Positions 32,896 to 44,601 of a DNA stretch of 64,000 bases are shown one piece after another. The notes under the pieces are model-generated. The model was given only the letters and a program-made list of their open reading frames with translations. It ran no database searches and was not told the origin of the DNA. The position numbers and the translations under genes were made by a program. Position 1 is the first letter of the stretch; the number at the start of each line of letters is the position of its first letter. Source of the stretch: Betaproteobacteria bacterium. GTDB lineage: Bacteria; Pseudomonadota; Gammaproteobacteria; Burkholderiales; Burkholderiaceae_C. Location of the stretch: the NCBI GenBank assembly GCA_031410435.1, contig JANNZD010000281.1:16915-80914 (forward strand), written 5' to 3'.

Positions 32896-33798
32896 TCAGC
32901 GCTTGGCCGGCGTGGGCGCCGGGGCGGCAGGCGCAGCCCCACCACGCATCGCCCGGAAGAAATCACTGGAGGGGTCGATCACCATCACGTCGCTCTTGCT
33001 GCGGAAGGTGGCCCGGTAGGCGTCCAGGCTGCGGTAGAACTGGGCAAATTGCGGGTCGCGGCCGAAGGCGTCGGCATACAGGGCAGACGCCTTGCCATCG
33101 CCCTCACCTTTCAACTTCTGGGCATCGCGGTAGGCCTCGGCGATGATCACCTCGCGCTGCTTGTCGGCATCGGCGCGGATCTTCTCGCCCTCGGCCGCAC
33201 CCTGCGATCGCAACTCGTTGGCCACTTGCTTGCGCTCGGATTCCATGCGCCGGTAGACCGAGTCGGTGATGTCGGCAACAAAGTCGACCCGCTTGATGCG
33301 CACATCGATGATCTCGATGCCGAAGGCCTTGGCCTCATCATTGAGCCGGGCGCGCACGTCCTGCATCACCTTGTCACGCTCGGCGGCCAGCACCCCACGC
33401 ACGGTGCGCTTGGTGATCTCTTCGTTGAAGGCGGCCTGCACCACCGGGCTCAGGCGGCTCTCGAGGTTGCGGATGTCGACCCCGTTGTTGCGGATGAACT
33501 GGCGCGGCTCGGCGATGCGCCATTTGACCAGCCAGTCGATCACCAGGCTCTTCTTCTCGGCAGTGAAGATCGGCCGGGTTTCCGGGCTGTCCAGTGTCTG
33601 CACCCGTTTATCCAGGAAGACCACATTCTGGAAGGGCGGCGGCAGCTTCAGTTTCAGGCCCGGCTCGCTGATCACCTCCTTGATCTCACCCAGCGCATAG
33701 ACCACCGCCAATTGGCGCTGATCCACGACAAACAAGATGGATGCAAGCAGCATCAGTGCCAGCAGCGCGCCGGCGACGATCAATCCGATTCGGTTCAT
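32896..33798 (-). CDS. hflC: FtsH modulator HflC
   Basis: N-terminal TM, SPFH domain, IDVRIKRVDF, RMESERK, GRDPQFAQFYRSL. Confidence 0.95.
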   Translation of the reverse strand: MNRIGLIVAGALLALMLLASILFVVDQRQLAVVYALGEIKEVISEPGLKLKLPPPFQNVVFLDKRVQTLDSPETRPIFTAEKKSLVIDWLVKWRIAEPRQFIRNNGVDIRNLESRLSPVVQAAFNEEITKRTVRGVLAAERDKVMQDVRARLNDEAKAFGIEIIDVRIKRVDFVADITDSVYRRMESERKQVANELRSQGAAEGEKIRADADKQREVIIAEAYRDAQKLKGEGDGKASALYADAFGRDPQFAQFYRSLDAYRATFRSKSDVMVIDPSSDFFRAMRGGAAPAAPAPTPAKR

Positions 33799-33837
33799 TT
33801 TGGGCTGGCTCAGGAGAGGGGGCGTGGACACCGGCTA

Positions 33838-35178
33838 TCAGCGGCCATCGCGGTCGCGGCTGCGGCCACCATCGCGAGACCGGGCATCGGCACCGGCGGC
33901 ACCGGCGGGCCCGGCATCGGCGGGCACCGGCGTGGGCACCTGGCCCTGCGGGACCACCTGCACCGTGCCGGTCTGCATCAACTTGTCCAGGGGCAGGTAG
34001 AGCAGGTTGCTGCCGCTGCGGGCGTCCACCATCACTTTGCTGACGCTCGAATACACCTGCTGCATGGCATCGATATACATGCGGTCGCGTGTCACGCCCG
34101 GGGCCTTCTGGTATTCGGTCAGCACCGAGCGGAAGCGCTGCGCATCACCTTCGGCCTGGGCCACCACACGCTGGCTGTAGCCATCGGCCTCCTCGCGCAG
34201 GCGCGCCGCCGTACCCCGGGCCTTGGGGATCACATCGCTGGCATAAGCCTGGCCTTCGTTCTTGAAACGGTCCCGATCCGCACCAGCCTTGACCGCATCG
34301 TTGAAGGCCGCCTGCACCTGCTCGGGCACCTGCACGTTCTGCACGTTCACCGCCACCACCAGGATGCCGGCCTTCAGCCGGTCCAGCTGGCCCTGGATCG
34401 ACTTGACCAGGTCCGCAGCTATCGAATCGCGGGCCTCGTAGAGCACCGAATCGACCTTGCTCTTGCCGACGATCTCGCGCACTGCGGATTCACTGGCCTG
34501 CTCGACCGCCTTGTCCGGATCGCGGTTCTCGAACAAGAAGTTCTTGGCGTCCTTCAGGCGGTACTGCACCGTGAAACGGATGTCGATGATGTTCTCGTCC
34601 TGGGTCAACATCGAAGAATCCCGCAGACCGGTGGTCTGAGCCACGCCGCTGCGGCCGATCTCGGCCGAGCGCAGCTGGGTCACTGCCACGGTCTCATGGG
34701 CCTGGAAGGGGTAGGGCAGACGCCACTGGAACCCCGCATCCACGGTGCTGCTGTAGCGCCCGAAGGTGGTGACGATGGATTGCTGGCCTTCCTGCACGAT
34801 GAAGAAGCCGCTGCCGGCCCAGACCACCAGCACGACAAAGCCGATCAGGCCCATGCCGATGCCCGCGCTCTTCATGTCGGGCTGGAAGCTGGGGCCACCG
34901 CCCTCGCCCGGGTCACGCCGGCCGGGCGGGTTGTTGCCACCGCCCTTGCCGCCGAACAGCCCGTTGAGCTTCTTGTTGAAGTCGCGCCACAGTTCATCCA
35001 GATCGGGTGGCCCCTCGTTGCGGCCATTGGCCATCCACAGCGCCTGCGGCATCTTGTGCTGCCAGGCTGCAGCCAGCCATTGGCGTCCGGCCCGGGTGCA
35101 GGCCGACAAACGCGGCGCGAAGCGGGCCTGGGGTTCGGTTTTGGACGGGTCGGGGGTCGGTGCGGCAATCATGTTCAT
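33838..35178 (-). CDS. hflK: FtsH modulator HflK
   Basis: GPPDLDELWRDFN, MLTQDENIIDI, VQAAFND, PGVTRDRMY. Confidence 0.95.
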   Translation of the reverse strand: MNMIAAPTPDPSKTEPQARFAPRLSACTRAGRQWLAAAWQHKMPQALWMANGRNEGPPDLDELWRDFNKKLNGLFGGKGGGNNPPGRRDPGEGGGPSFQPDMKSAGIGMGLIGFVVLVVWAGSGFFIVQEGQQSIVTTFGRYSSTVDAGFQWRLPYPFQAHETVAVTQLRSAEIGRSGVAQTTGLRDSSMLTQDENIIDIRFTVQYRLKDAKNFLFENRDPDKAVEQASESAVREIVGKSKVDSVLYEARDSIAADLVKSIQGQLDRLKAGILVVAVNVQNVQVPEQVQAAFNDAVKAGADRDRFKNEGQAYASDVIPKARGTAARLREEADGYSQRVVAQAEGDAQRFRSVLTEYQKAPGVTRDRMYIDAMQQVYSSVSKVMVDARSGSNLLYLPLDKLMQTGTVQVVPQGQVPTPVPADAGPAGAAGADARSRDGGRSRDRDGR

Positions 35179-36458
35179 TTGGTCGAGGATGGTAACGCGG
35201 CGTCCTCATCGGCCGAGTTGGCCGAGGCAGGCAGCGCCATTTCGCCCCCGCCCGGATCTGGGGACTGGCCCGGTGCTTTCAAGCCCCGCTGCTGGGCGGA
35301 TTCAGCGATCAGGGCACGCAGGGTATCCAGCCCGCTGCCCTTGAGCGCGCTGACAAAGACCCGTGGCACGGCGGCCCCGGTGCTGCCTTCGACCCAGTCC
35401 TGCAGTTCACGCGGCAAGGGGTCCATGCGGTCCAGCTTGTTCATCACCAGGATCTGCGGCAGCCCGGCGGCGCCTATGTCTTGCAGCACCCGGTCGACCT
35501 CGTCGCGCTGCTCTTGCAGCACCAGGCTGGACGCGTCTATCACGTGCAAGAGCAGGTCGGCGTCGGTGGCTTCCTGCAGCGTGGCTTCAAAGGCCTCGAC
35601 CAGCTTGTGCGGCAGCTCGCGGATGAAGCCCACGGTGTCGGACAAGGACACCGTGGTGCCCAAGGCCTCCAGGTAGAGCGCGCGGGTGGTCGTGTCGAGG
35701 GTGGCGAACAATTGGTCGGCGGCAAACGCCTTGGCCTTGACCAAGGCATTGAACAAGGTGCTCTTGCCCGCGTTGGTGTAGCCCACCAGCGAGACCCTGA
35801 AGGTGCCGCTGCTGCGGCGCTTGTCGCGCTGCGTGCCGCGCTGGCGCTTGACCTTGGACAGCCGGGCCTTGAGGGACTTGACCCGCTCGTCGATCATGCG
35901 CCGGTCGAGTTCAATCTGCGCCTCGCCCGGCCCCCCGCGCTGACCGGCACCGCCGGTCTGGCGCTCCAGGTGGCTCCAGCGCCGCACCAGGCGACTGGCC
36001 AGGTACTGCAGGCGCGCCAACTCCACCTGCAGCTTGCCCTCATGGCTTTGCGCACGCTGGGCAAAGATTTCGAGTATCAAAGCTGTGCGGTCGGCCACCG
36101 CCACCCCGATATGACGCTCGAGATTGCGCTGCTGGGCCGGCGACAGGGCCTGGTCGAAGATCACGCACTCGGCGCCCTGCATCTGCACCAGGGTCTTGAT
36201 CTCGTCGGCCTTGCCGCTGCCCACGAACAAGGCCGGATCGGGCGCCTTGCGCTTGGCCGTGATGCGGTCCACAGGCAGATCGCCCGCGCTCTCGGCCAAC
36301 AGGGCCAGTTCATCCAAGCTGGCATCGAAGAACTGCCCACGCCCGAAATCAACGCCCACCAGCACCACACGCGCAGGCCCCGCCTGGGTCAGCGCGGGGC
36401 CGCTCTTGCCAGCAGGGGTCAAAGGGTCGGAGACAGGCAGGCCAGCGTGGGGCTTCAA
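35175..36458 (-). CDS. hflX: Ribosome-splitting GTPase HflX
   Basis: [42 protein letters not shown]; TTG start overlaps hfq stop. Confidence 0.96.
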   Translation of the reverse strand: MKPHAGLPVSDPLTPAGKSGPALTQAGPARVVLVGVDFGRGQFFDASLDELALLAESAGDLPVDRITAKRKAPDPALFVGSGKADEIKTLVQMQGAECVIFDQALSPAQQRNLERHIGVAVADRTALILEIFAQRAQSHEGKLQVELARLQYLASRLVRRWSHLERQTGGAGQRGGPGEAQIELDRRMIDERVKSLKARLSKVKRQRGTQRDKRRSSGTFRVSLVGYTNAGKSTLFNALVKAKAFAADQLFATLDTTTRALYLEALGTTVSLSDTVGFIRELPHKLVEAFEATLQEATDADLLLHVIDASSLVLQEQRDEVDRVLQDIGAAGLPQILVMNKLDRMDPLPRELQDWVEGSTGAAVPRVFVSALKGSGLDTLRALIAESAQQRGLKAPGQSPDPGGGEMALPASANSADEDAALPSSTK

Positions 36459-36697
36459 GCCTGATCGGCCGGTTCAGCTGCGTGGAAATTGACCGGGCGT
36501 CCCGGCACCACGGTGGAGATGGCGTGCTTGTAGACCATCTGTGTCACGGTATTGCGCAGCAACACCACATACTGGTCAAAGGACTCGATATGGCCTTGCA
36601 ACTTGATGCCGTTGACGAGGTAGATCGACACCGGCACATGCTCCTTGCGAAGCAGGTTCAAGAACGGGTCTTGCAGCAGTTGCCCTTTGTTGCTCAC
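36455..36697 (-). CDS. hfq: RNA chaperone Hfq
   Basis: [30 protein letters not shown]; GTG start with GGAG SD. Confidence 0.98.
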   Translation of the reverse strand: MSNKGQLLQDPFLNLLRKEHVPVSIYLVNGIKLQGHIESFDQYVVLLRNTVTQMVYKHAISTVVPGRPVNFHAAEPADQA

Positions 36698-36827
36698 GAT
36701 ATGGCTCCGTGTTGAAAAGTGGAAAACATTGACATTATCACATCAGGGAAACCTCTGATGCGGCGCTGCGGCCGACCGCTGCTGCATAAGGTTTGGGCGC
36801 CAAAAGGGCCCGGCGACCCGGTCGGAC

Positions 36828-38162
36828 TCAGCTTTCGTCGAAAGGGTTCCGCGCCGATTTGAACTGAATGCGCAGCGGGGTGCCGGTGAGTTTGAAATGC
36901 TCGCGGACGCGGCCTTCGAGAAAGCGCTTGTAGGCCTCGGTAACATGCTCCAGCCCGGTGCCGTGGATCACCACGATGGGCGGGTTCATGCCGCCCTGGT
37001 GGGCATAGCGCAGCTTGGGCCGGAAGGCGCCACTGCGTTGCGGCGCCTGGTGCTGGATCGCTTCCTGCAGCAGGCGGGTGAGCACCGGTGTGGGCATCTT
37101 GCGGATCGCCGACGCATGCGCCTCGGCGATCGCCTTCCAAACCGGTGCCAGGCCCTGGCGCTTGATGGCCGAGATGCGCAGCACGTCGGCAAATTTCAGG
37201 AAGGGCAGCCGGTGCTCGACCGAGCGCTCCAGGGTTTCGCGCTGGTAGCTGTCCACCGCATCCCATTTGTTGATCGCGATCACCACCGCGCGGCCGGCCT
37301 CGAGCACATAACCGGCGATGTGAGCGTCCTGGTCGCTCACGCCCTGGGTGGCGTCGATCAGCAGCAGCACCACATTGGCGTCAGAAATGGCCTGCAGGGT
37401 CTTGACCACCGAGAACTTCTCGATCGCCTCGAAGACCTTGCCCTTGCGGCGCAGGCCGGCGGTGTCGATCAGCTCGAACTTCTGGCCGGCGCGCTCGAAG
37501 GGCACGCTGATGGCGTCGCGGGTGGTGCCGGGCTGGTCGAAGGCCACCAGGCGCTCCTCGCCGAGCCAGGTGTTGATCAGCGTGCTCTTGCCCACATTCG
37601 GCCGGCCCGCCACCGCCAGGCGGATCGGCTTGTCTGCGGCGGCAGGGTCGTCCTCTTCGTCCTCGGGCGCCGGAAAATCGACCAGCGCGGCCTCGACCAG
37701 GCTGCGTATGCCCTGGCCGTGCGATGCCGAGATCGGATGCGGTTGGCCCATGCCGAGTTCATGGAATTCCGCCAGCAAGGGCGAATCGGCCAGGCCCTCG
37801 GCCTTGTTGACACACAACAGCACGCGCTTGTTGGCGGCCCGCAGGTAGCGGGCGATGTCATGGTCCTGGCCCGACACGCCATTGCGCGCATCGGTGACGA
37901 AGATCACCGCATCGGCCTCGGCCACTGCGGCCTTGGTCTGGGCCGCCATCATCGCGACGATGCCGGTGGGCTTCTCGGGCTCGAAGCCCCCGGTGTCGAT
38001 GACGATGAACTCCTGCCCGCCCTGCCGGCCCTCGCCATAGTGGCGGTCGCGGGTCAGGCCGGCATAGTCGGCCACGATCGCATCGCGGCTCTTGGTCAGG
38101 CGGTTGAAGAGGGTGGACTTGCCCACGTTGGGCCGCCCAACCAGGGCGATCACCGGTTTCAT
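36828..38162 (-). CDS. der: Ribosome biogenesis GTPase Der (EngA)
   Basis: Two G domains (GRPNVGKST twice, DTGG/DTAG), KH-like C-terminus. Confidence 0.97.
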   Translation of the reverse strand: MKPVIALVGRPNVGKSTLFNRLTKSRDAIVADYAGLTRDRHYGEGRQGGQEFIVIDTGGFEPEKPTGIVAMMAAQTKAAVAEADAVIFVTDARNGVSGQDHDIARYLRAANKRVLLCVNKAEGLADSPLLAEFHELGMGQPHPISASHGQGIRSLVEAALVDFPAPEDEEDDPAAADKPIRLAVAGRPNVGKSTLINTWLGEERLVAFDQPGTTRDAISVPFERAGQKFELIDTAGLRRKGKVFEAIEKFSVVKTLQAISDANVVLLLIDATQGVSDQDAHIAGYVLEAGRAVVIAINKWDAVDSYQRETLERSVEHRLPFLKFADVLRISAIKRQGLAPVWKAIAEAHASAIRKMPTPVLTRLLQEAIQHQAPQRSGAFRPKLRYAHQGGMNPPIVVIHGTGLEHVTEAYKRFLEGRVREHFKLTGTPLRIQFKSARNPFDES

Positions 38163-38243
38163 GGTCGTGGGCCTTCGTTCAGGGTAGCTGCAAAGAAACG
38201 CGGAGAGCCGGCCTTGTGGGCCTGCCGCCGCGGGCCACCAGGC

Positions 38244-39416
38244 TCATTCAGGCCGGAAGGCAAACAGGCCACCGTTGCGGGTGACCACCAGCACGGTGCT
38301 GCCCGACAGCACCGGCTGGGCCACCACCGGCGATCCATCGGTGGGCAGGCGCAGCAGGCTGCGGCCGTCTTCGCGGGCCAGGAAATGCACCTGTCCCTCG
38401 ACATCGCCGAACATCACGGTCTTGCCGGCCGACAGCGGCGCACTCAGGCCACGGTAGAGCAAACGCTCCTGGGTCCAGGCCAACTCGCCGCCGCCGGCGC
38501 GCCAGGCGCTGACCCGGTCGGTGCTGTCGGCGCCGAAGACCAGTTCGGCATCGCCACCCAGCGCCTGCTGCCCGCCGGCAATGCGGCTCCAACGCAGGCT
38601 GGCACGTTCGACCCCAGCGGCGCTGCTCAGGGCCACGCAGCCGACGGCGGTCTGGAAGGCCCGGGCGCACAGGCTGTCGCCCACCCGCAGCAAGGGGCCG
38701 ACCAGGTCATTCAGGCGCTCGACCTCGTTGGTGCCGCGCGGTGAGGTGACGGCCAGTTCCCAGCGCACGCTGCCGGTGGTCGGGTCCACCCCCAGCATCA
38801 CGGCGCCTATGCCCGCCACCAGGGTGTTCTTGTAGGCCGCCAGCACCGCCGGCTGGGCCAGCGTGAGGGCTTCACCCGGGCGCTGCAGGGTCCAGAGTCG
38901 GCGCCCATCCAGCACATCGAAGGCATGCAGCACCCGGTCGACGCCCAGCACAAAGACCCGCTCGCCGGCCACCAAGGGTGCGGTGGTAGTGCGCGAAGCC
39001 AGCGCGGCGGACCACAGGCGGGCGCCCTCGTCCATCACCACCAGTTCGTTGTCGCGCGTGACCACGGCGGCAAAACGGCCATCGCTGCCCACGCCGGCGC
39101 TCAGGCGCTTGCCGGCCTGGCCGCGCCAGCGTTCGGCGCCGCTCTGGGCGTCCAGGGCCAGCACGGTGCCGTCGCTGCCGGCCACGATGAAGGCACCGTC
39201 CTTGGCCGCCACACCCAGCGGAAACTGCACCGAATCGAGCCGCGCCGACCAGACCTGGCGGCCGCCGATCTGGGGCGAGACGGTCTCCAGCGCGGTGGGC
39301 TTGGGCTTGTCGGCGGCACAGCCGACCAAGCCGGCCGCCAGTGCCACCGACCCGGCCAGCAACAGCCGGCTGGCCCGGCCCCGGGCCTGCGCCAAGGCGT
39401 GCAGGCGCCGGCTCAT
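38244..39416 (-). CDS. bamB: Outer membrane protein assembly factor BamB
   Basis: Lipobox LVGC, PQQ-type propeller repeats, RGTNEVERL; yfgM-bamB-der synteny. Confidence 0.93.
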   Translation of the reverse strand: MSRRLHALAQARGRASRLLLAGSVALAAGLVGCAADKPKPTALETVSPQIGGRQVWSARLDSVQFPLGVAAKDGAFIVAGSDGTVLALDAQSGAERWRGQAGKRLSAGVGSDGRFAAVVTRDNELVVMDEGARLWSAALASRTTTAPLVAGERVFVLGVDRVLHAFDVLDGRRLWTLQRPGEALTLAQPAVLAAYKNTLVAGIGAVMLGVDPTTGSVRWELAVTSPRGTNEVERLNDLVGPLLRVGDSLCARAFQTAVGCVALSSAAGVERASLRWSRIAGGQQALGGDAELVFGADSTDRVSAWRAGGGELAWTQERLLYRGLSAPLSAGKTVMFGDVEGQVHFLAREDGRSLLRLPTDGSPVVAQPVLSGSTVLVVTRNGGLFAFRPE

Positions 39417-40087
39417 GGTGCCGCCCCGGAGGCCGGCAAAGCTGGCGCCGGTGGCGCGCCGAGTGCCGTGAGTTTGGCTTCCACCAGGCGCCGGTAGTCC
39501 ACTTTCTCGTCCATCGCGGCCCAGGCGGCCTGGTAGGCGGTGCGGGCCTCGGCCGGCTTGCCCTGGGCCAGCAGCACATCGCCGCGGCGGTCGGCCAACA
39601 GCCCGGCAAACAGCTTGCTGCTGTCGGCCTGCAAAGCCTTGAGGGCAGCGTCATATTGCTTGGCGTCCATCAGCACGCCGGCCAGGCGCAGGCGGGCCAC
39701 GCTGCGGTATTCGTCCTCGGCCGCGTTGTCGCTGACCCAGCCCAGGCTGGCCCGGGCCGCATCAGCCTGGCCCTTGTCGTACTGCACCCGCGCCGCCAGC
39801 AACCCGCCTTGCTGCGCGAACACGGTGCGGCCATAGCGGTCCTTCAGGTCGGCAAAGACCCGGCCGGCCTTGTCGGCGTCGCCGGCTGCGGCGGCCTTGT
39901 CGAGTTCGTCGAACATCGCGCTGGCCTTGACGGCCTGGTCACGCTGGTACCAGCCCCAGGCATTCCAGCCGGCAAAGGCCATCAGGCAGGCGGTGACGAC
40001 CCAGGTGATCAGGTTGCCGTGCTGCTTCCAGAACGCCTTGAGGTCGTCGAGTTGTTCCTGCTCTTGCAGGTCGAGTGTGTTCGCCAT
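39413..40087 (-). CDS. yfgM: YfgM family TPR membrane chaperone
   Basis: DLQEQEQLDDLKAFWKQHGN, one TM, TPR helices (ADRRGDVL). Start ATG 40087. Confidence 0.9.
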   Translation of the reverse strand: MANTLDLQEQEQLDDLKAFWKQHGNLITWVVTACLMAFAGWNAWGWYQRDQAVKASAMFDELDKAAAAGDADKAGRVFADLKDRYGRTVFAQQGGLLAARVQYDKGQADAARASLGWVSDNAAEDEYRSVARLRLAGVLMDAKQYDAALKALQADSSKLFAGLLADRRGDVLLAQGKPAEARTAYQAAWAAMDEKVDYRRLVEAKLTALGAPPAPALPASGAAP

Positions 40088-40127
40088 GAAGCGCCTGTTG
40101 CCAATGCTCTGGATTCGAAGGATGGGA

Positions 40128-41414
40128 TTATGCGTTGCGCAGTTGCGCTGCCCACCCGGCAGCGTCTGCCAGGGGGCGCAGCACCTGGGGCGCGGCCGGG
40201 TCGCGCAGGGCCTTGATCGCCACCTGGCCCTGGGCCAGTTCGTCGCCGCCAAACACCAGCGCAAAGCGCGCACCGCTGGCGTCGGCCTTCTTGAACTGCG
40301 ACTTCATGCTGCCCAGGCCGGCCGCGCCACCGGCATGCATCACCACCGCCAGCCCGCTGGCACGCAGGGTCTCGACGGTGGCGATGGCCAGGCTCAGGTG
40401 GGCCGCATCCGGCAACACGGCGTAAGCGTCCGGCGGGCTGGCCGGCGCGCCCAGGCCGCTCTGCTGCAGCAGGTCGAGCACCCGCTCCAGACCCATGCCC
40501 CAACCCACGCCCGGTGCGGGCTTGCCGCCTATCAGCTCGACCAGGCCGTCATAGCGGCCACCGCCGCAGATCGTGCCCTGGGCCCCGAGCCGGGTGCTGA
40601 CCCACTCGAACACGGTGTGGGTGTAGTAGTCCATGCCGCGCACCAGGCGCGGGTTGAGGACATAGGGCTGGCCCACCGCGTCGAGTGCGGAGGTCACCGC
40701 GTCCAGGTGCTTGCGCGAGGCCGGGCCCAGAAAACCCATCAGCTGCGGCGCCGCGTTCACCAGGTCCTGCATCGCCGGGTTCTTGGTGTCGAGGATGCGC
40801 AGCGGATTGCTGTGCAGGCGGCGCTGGGCTTCGGCGTCCAGCAGCGCGCGGTGCGCTTCGAGGTATTCGATCAGGGCCGCGCGGTGGGCCCGGCGCTCGT
40901 CGGGCACGCCCAGGCTGTTGAGCTCCAGGCGCACATCGGCCAGGCCCAGGTCGCGCCACAGCGCGCGGCACATCAGGATCACCTCGGCGTCGGTCTCAGG
41001 CCCGCCAAAGCCCAGCGCCTCGACGCCGACTTGGTAGAACTGACGATAGCGGCCGCGCTGGGGCCGCTCGTGGCGGAACATTGGGCCGATATAGAACAGG
41101 CGCTTGCCGCCGTCATAGAGCATCGAATGCTCGATCGCTGCGCGCACCACGCCGGCGGTGTTCTCGGGGCGCAGGGTGAGCTGGTCGCCGTTCATCGCGT
41201 CCTCGAAGGAATACATCTCCTTCTCGACGATGTCGGTCACCTCGCCCAGCCCGCGCACGAACAGCGCGGTGGGCTCGACGATGGGGGTGCGGATGTTGAG
41301 GTAGCCATAGCGGCGCATCAGCGCGCGCACGGTGTCCTCCAACCATTCCCAGCGCGCCGATTCCGGCGGCAGGATGTCGTTCATGCCTTTGACGGCTTGC
41401 AGGGTGTCGGCCAT
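40128..41414 (-). CDS. hisS: Histidine--tRNA ligase
   Basis: [45 protein letters not shown]. Confidence 0.97.
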   Translation of the reverse strand: MADTLQAVKGMNDILPPESARWEWLEDTVRALMRRYGYLNIRTPIVEPTALFVRGLGEVTDIVEKEMYSFEDAMNGDQLTLRPENTAGVVRAAIEHSMLYDGGKRLFYIGPMFRHERPQRGRYRQFYQVGVEALGFGGPETDAEVILMCRALWRDLGLADVRLELNSLGVPDERRAHRAALIEYLEAHRALLDAEAQRRLHSNPLRILDTKNPAMQDLVNAAPQLMGFLGPASRKHLDAVTSALDAVGQPYVLNPRLVRGMDYYTHTVFEWVSTRLGAQGTICGGGRYDGLVELIGGKPAPGVGWGMGLERVLDLLQQSGLGAPASPPDAYAVLPDAAHLSLAIATVETLRASGLAVVMHAGGAAGLGSMKSQFKKADASGARFALVFGGDELAQGQVAIKALRDPAAPQVLRPLADAAGWAAQLRNA

Positions 41415-41542
41415 GGTGGGGTCAGCCCGGCGGGCGGGCTGCGGATCAACGGGGTTGCAGGGGCCAGCGCGGGCGGGCTGGCGGCCAGGGATGCCGGGCC
41501 ATCAAGCCGCAGCGGGGGCGCAGGCGCGGGCCGCGGCCCGCC

Positions 41543-42823
41543 TCAATGGGCGGCCGTGGCCGCACCGAAGCGGCGCTCGATATAGGCCTCGACGATGCGG
41601 TGGAACTCCTGCGCAATGCCATCCCCGCGCAGCGTCATCGCCTTCTGGCCGTCGATGAAGACCGGCGCGGCAGGGGCTTCGCCAGTGCCGGGCAGGCTGA
41701 TGCCGATGTCGGCATGCTTGCTCTCGCCCGGGCCGTTGACGATGCAGCCCATCACCGCCAGCTTGAGGTTCTCGACACCCGGGTATTTGGCCTTCCAAAC
41801 CGGCATCATTGCGCGCAGGTGGTCATCGATCTGCTTGGCCAGCTCTTGAAAGGTGGTGCTGGTGGTGCGGCCGCAACCCGGGCAGGCGGTGACACTGGGA
41901 TTGAAGTGGCGCAGGCCCAGGGCCTGCAGGATCTCCAACGCCACCACCACCTCCTGGGTGCGGGCCTCGCCGGGCTGCGGCGTGAGGCTGACCCGGATGG
42001 TGTCGCCAATGCCCTGCTGCAGCAATTGGCCCATGGCCACAGCCGATGCCACCGTGCCCTTGGTGCTCATGCCGGCTTCGGTCAGGCCGAGGTGCAGGGG
42101 GTAGTCGCAGCGCGCGGCCAGGGCCTGGTAGACGGTGATCAGGTCCTGCACGCCGCTGACCTTGCAGCTGATGAGGATCTGGTTGGCGCTCATGCCCAGT
42201 TCCTGGGCCCAGTCGGCCGACTGCAGCGCCGACTTGATCAGGGCCTGGTACATCACCTGCTTGGCATCCCAAGGGCTGGCCCGGCGGGCGTTGTCGTCCA
42301 TCATCCGGGCGAGCAGTTCCTGGTCCAGGCTGCCCCAGTTGACGCCGATTCGCACCGGCTTGTCGTGGCGCAGCGCGGCCTCGATCATGGCGCTGAACTG
42401 GCGGTCACGCTTGTGGCCCTTGCCGACATTGCCGGGGTTGATGCGGTACTTTGACAAGGCCGCCGCGCAGTCGGGATGCTCGCTCAGCAACGTATGGCCG
42501 TTGTAATGGAAGTCGCCGATCAGCGGCACGTCGATGCCCATGCGGTCGAGCTGCTCGCGAATCGCCGGCACCGCCCGGGCAGCCTCGGGTGTGTTGACCG
42601 TGATGCGCACCATTTCCGAGCCGGCGATGGCCAGCTCCTTGACCTGGATCGCGGTGCCGATCACATCGACCGTGTCGGTGTTGGTCATCGACTGCACCCG
42701 CACCGGCGCGTCACCGCCCACGGTGACCACGCGCGCACCCCAGACCACGCGGGCCTGGCGCGAGCGCCGCAGGGCCGGGGCGGCGGCCGGGATCAGCACC
42801 GGGATGTCAGCATCGAAGGTCAT
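41543..42823 (-). CDS. ispG: HMBPP synthase (flavodoxin-dependent)
   Basis: [44 protein letters not shown]. Confidence 0.97.
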   Translation of the reverse strand: MTFDADIPVLIPAAAPALRRSRQARVVWGARVVTVGGDAPVRVQSMTNTDTVDVIGTAIQVKELAIAGSEMVRITVNTPEAARAVPAIREQLDRMGIDVPLIGDFHYNGHTLLSEHPDCAAALSKYRINPGNVGKGHKRDRQFSAMIEAALRHDKPVRIGVNWGSLDQELLARMMDDNARRASPWDAKQVMYQALIKSALQSADWAQELGMSANQILISCKVSGVQDLITVYQALAARCDYPLHLGLTEAGMSTKGTVASAVAMGQLLQQGIGDTIRVSLTPQPGEARTQEVVVALEILQALGLRHFNPSVTACPGCGRTTSTTFQELAKQIDDHLRAMMPVWKAKYPGVENLKLAVMGCIVNGPGESKHADIGISLPGTGEAPAAPVFIDGQKAMTLRGDGIAQEFHRIVEAYIERRFGAATAAH

Positions 42824-42863
42824 GGCAGGAAGTGGGTGTTGCGGCAGGCCCGCGAGGCCGGTG

Positions 42864-43778
42864 TCACTGCAGGTTCAGGTTGGCGATGTTGTCACGCTTG
42901 GCCGAACTCATGTCGACCGGCTTGCCGCGCAGCAGCACTTCGGTGCCCGCAGCATTGCCCACGCGCAGCCGTACCGGCAGGGCCGGTGACAGCCACAGCA
43001 CCTCGCCCGCCGGCACCAGGCGGGCCACCAGGGTCTGGTTGTTGGCATCCACCGCCTGCACCCAGGTGTCCTGCAGCGCGCGTACGCTCAGCACGCCAGT
43101 CTGACCCGGCGCGGACGGCGCGGCGGCGCCGGGCAAGGTGGCTGCCGGCAGGCTGACGTCGGCCGCTGCGGCGGCCAGGCCCGGGGCGCTGCCCGAAAGC
43201 ATGCCCGGCAGGCTGGCCGACGCCGCCGGCTCGACCACCGACGGCAACAGCAGCACGCCGGCCGTGCCGGAGGCCGCCGCATCCGGCGGCATCACCGGCG
43301 CGGGGGTGGCCGCGATGGGGTCGCGCAGGGCGCCTGCGGGCACCAGCACAAAGGCCGCCGCCGCCAGCAGCAGCAGGGCCACCAGCCACAGCACGGGGCG
43401 CCGCCAGGGCGCCCAATCCGACGGCAGGCTGCGGCTGCCATGCTCCCGGAAGGGCGTGTTCAAGCCGCCATCGACCCGGCCCAGGGCGTCCGGCGACGCG
43501 CCCGGCAGCAGGGCCAGCACCGGCACCGGATCGATGCGCAGCGCACGGCACATCGCCTGGGCCAGCGCCCGGGTAAAGGTGGTGTCCACCAGCTCATGGT
43601 AGCGGCCGGCTTCCAGCGCCTCCAGGCGCGCCGGCGGCACCTTCATCGCGGCGGCCAGGGCAGCAATATGCAGGCCCTGTTGCTGGCGTGCGGCGCGCAA
43701 CATGACGCCGGCGCCGGCGGTCTCGCCGTTGCTCGAAGCAGGCTGGGCCGCAGCCGCGGCCAGGTGCGGATCAGTCAT
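42864..43778 (-). CDS. rodZ: RodZ-like HTH membrane protein (DUF4115)
   Basis: N-terminal HTH ([16 protein letters not shown]), one TM, C-terminal [15 protein letters not shown]; pilW-rodZ-ispG synteny. Confidence 0.88.
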   Translation of the reverse strand: MTDPHLAAAAAQPASSNGETAGAGVMLRAARQQQGLHIAALAAAMKVPPARLEALEAGRYHELVDTTFTRALAQAMCRALRIDPVPVLALLPGASPDALGRVDGGLNTPFREHGSRSLPSDWAPWRRPVLWLVALLLLAAAAFVLVPAGALRDPIAATPAPVMPPDAAASGTAGVLLLPSVVEPAASASLPGMLSGSAPGLAAAAADVSLPAATLPGAAAPSAPGQTGVLSVRALQDTWVQAVDANNQTLVARLVPAGEVLWLSPALPVRLRVGNAAGTEVLLRGKPVDMSSAKRDNIANLNLQ

Positions 43779-44601
43779 CAAATCGGCCCCGCGCATACAG
43801 GGCGGCTTCAGGTGATTGCGGGAAACGGCTGCGCAGCAGATCGCCGTTCTGGCGCACCGACGCATCCCGACCCAGCTTGTGGTCGATGCGCAGCGCCAGC
43901 CACAGGGTTTGGGGATTGACCGCCGCCGGCACGTCATTGACCCGGCTGATGTAGAAGCGCGCACGCTCCAGGTCCTGACGTTGCATCAACACTTCGGCCA
44001 GGTTCAGGCCGGCGCTCGGGTTGGCGGGGTCGAGTTCATAGGCTCGCATCAGCGCGGCCTCGGCCTCGGGCCACTGCCGATCGCGCCCGAAACAGACTCC
44101 GCGCGCCAGCTGGGTGCGCGCCACGTCGCGGTACTGGGGCAAGGCCAGCAGCGCCGCAAACTGCGCCTGGGCCGGGCCAAAGCGGCCGCGCTGGCACCAG
44201 AACCAGGCCTGGTTGTGCAGCACCGACCCGTCGCGCGGGTCGATCTGCAAGGCCCGGGCAAAGCTGTCTTCGGCCAGGCGGTCTTCGCCCATCGCGGCAT
44301 AGATCAGGCCGCGCAGGTTGAAGGCATCCACCAGCTGGGGCTGCACCTGCAAGGCCAGCTTGACTTCGTCCAGCGCGGTTTCCAGCTGGCCCCGGCCAAA
44401 GTAGGCCCCGGCCAATTCCATGCGCACCTGGGCGCGGCGGTCGGCATCGGTCTGGTCGGACGCGGTGGCAATCGGCCGCGGTGCATCGGTCTGGCCGGCG
44501 GTCGGGCCGGCACAAGCCGCCAGGCCCAGCGCCGCCGCACAGACCCCACCCAGGACCACCCGGCGAAGGGCCCGATCGGGCGCTGGCAGACCGAAGCTCA
44601 A
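43771..44601 (-). CDS. pilW: Type IV pilus biogenesis/stability lipoprotein PilW (PilF)
   Basis: TTG start overlaps rlmN stop; lipobox LAAC; TPRs ([16 protein letters not shown]); FPQSPEA. Confidence 0.88.
   Translation of the reverse strand: MSFGLPAPDRALRRVVLGGVCAAALGLAACAGPTAGQTDAPRPIATASDQTDADRRAQVRMELAGAYFGRGQLETALDEVKLALQVQPQLVDAFNLRGLIYAAMGEDRLAEDSFARALQIDPRDGSVLHNQAWFWCQRGRFGPAQAQFAALLALPQYRDVARTQLARGVCFGRDRQWPEAEAALMRAYELDPANPSAGLNLAEVLMQRQDLERARFYISRVNDVPAAVNPQTLWLALRIDHKLGRDASVRQNGDLLRSRFPQSPEAALYARGRFDD

Noticed and set aside
32857-35676. 939-aa plus-strand ORF, and similar long ORFs such as 46275-48956, 27489-29168 and 36897-38744
   Set aside because: These are antisense shadows of well-conserved genes. 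High GC and codon bias suppress stops on the opposite strand, and they carry no recognisable motifs.
36729-36734. Perfect TTGACA on the plus strand near hfq
   Set aside because: No -10 at 16-18 bp spacing. FNR and CRP half-site spacing also does not fit.
41415-41542. CGGGCGGGCTG direct repeat and an 18-codon ORF between ispG and hisS
   Set aside because: Two short GC-rich copies with no spacer structure; not CRISPR-like and no His-rich leader peptide.
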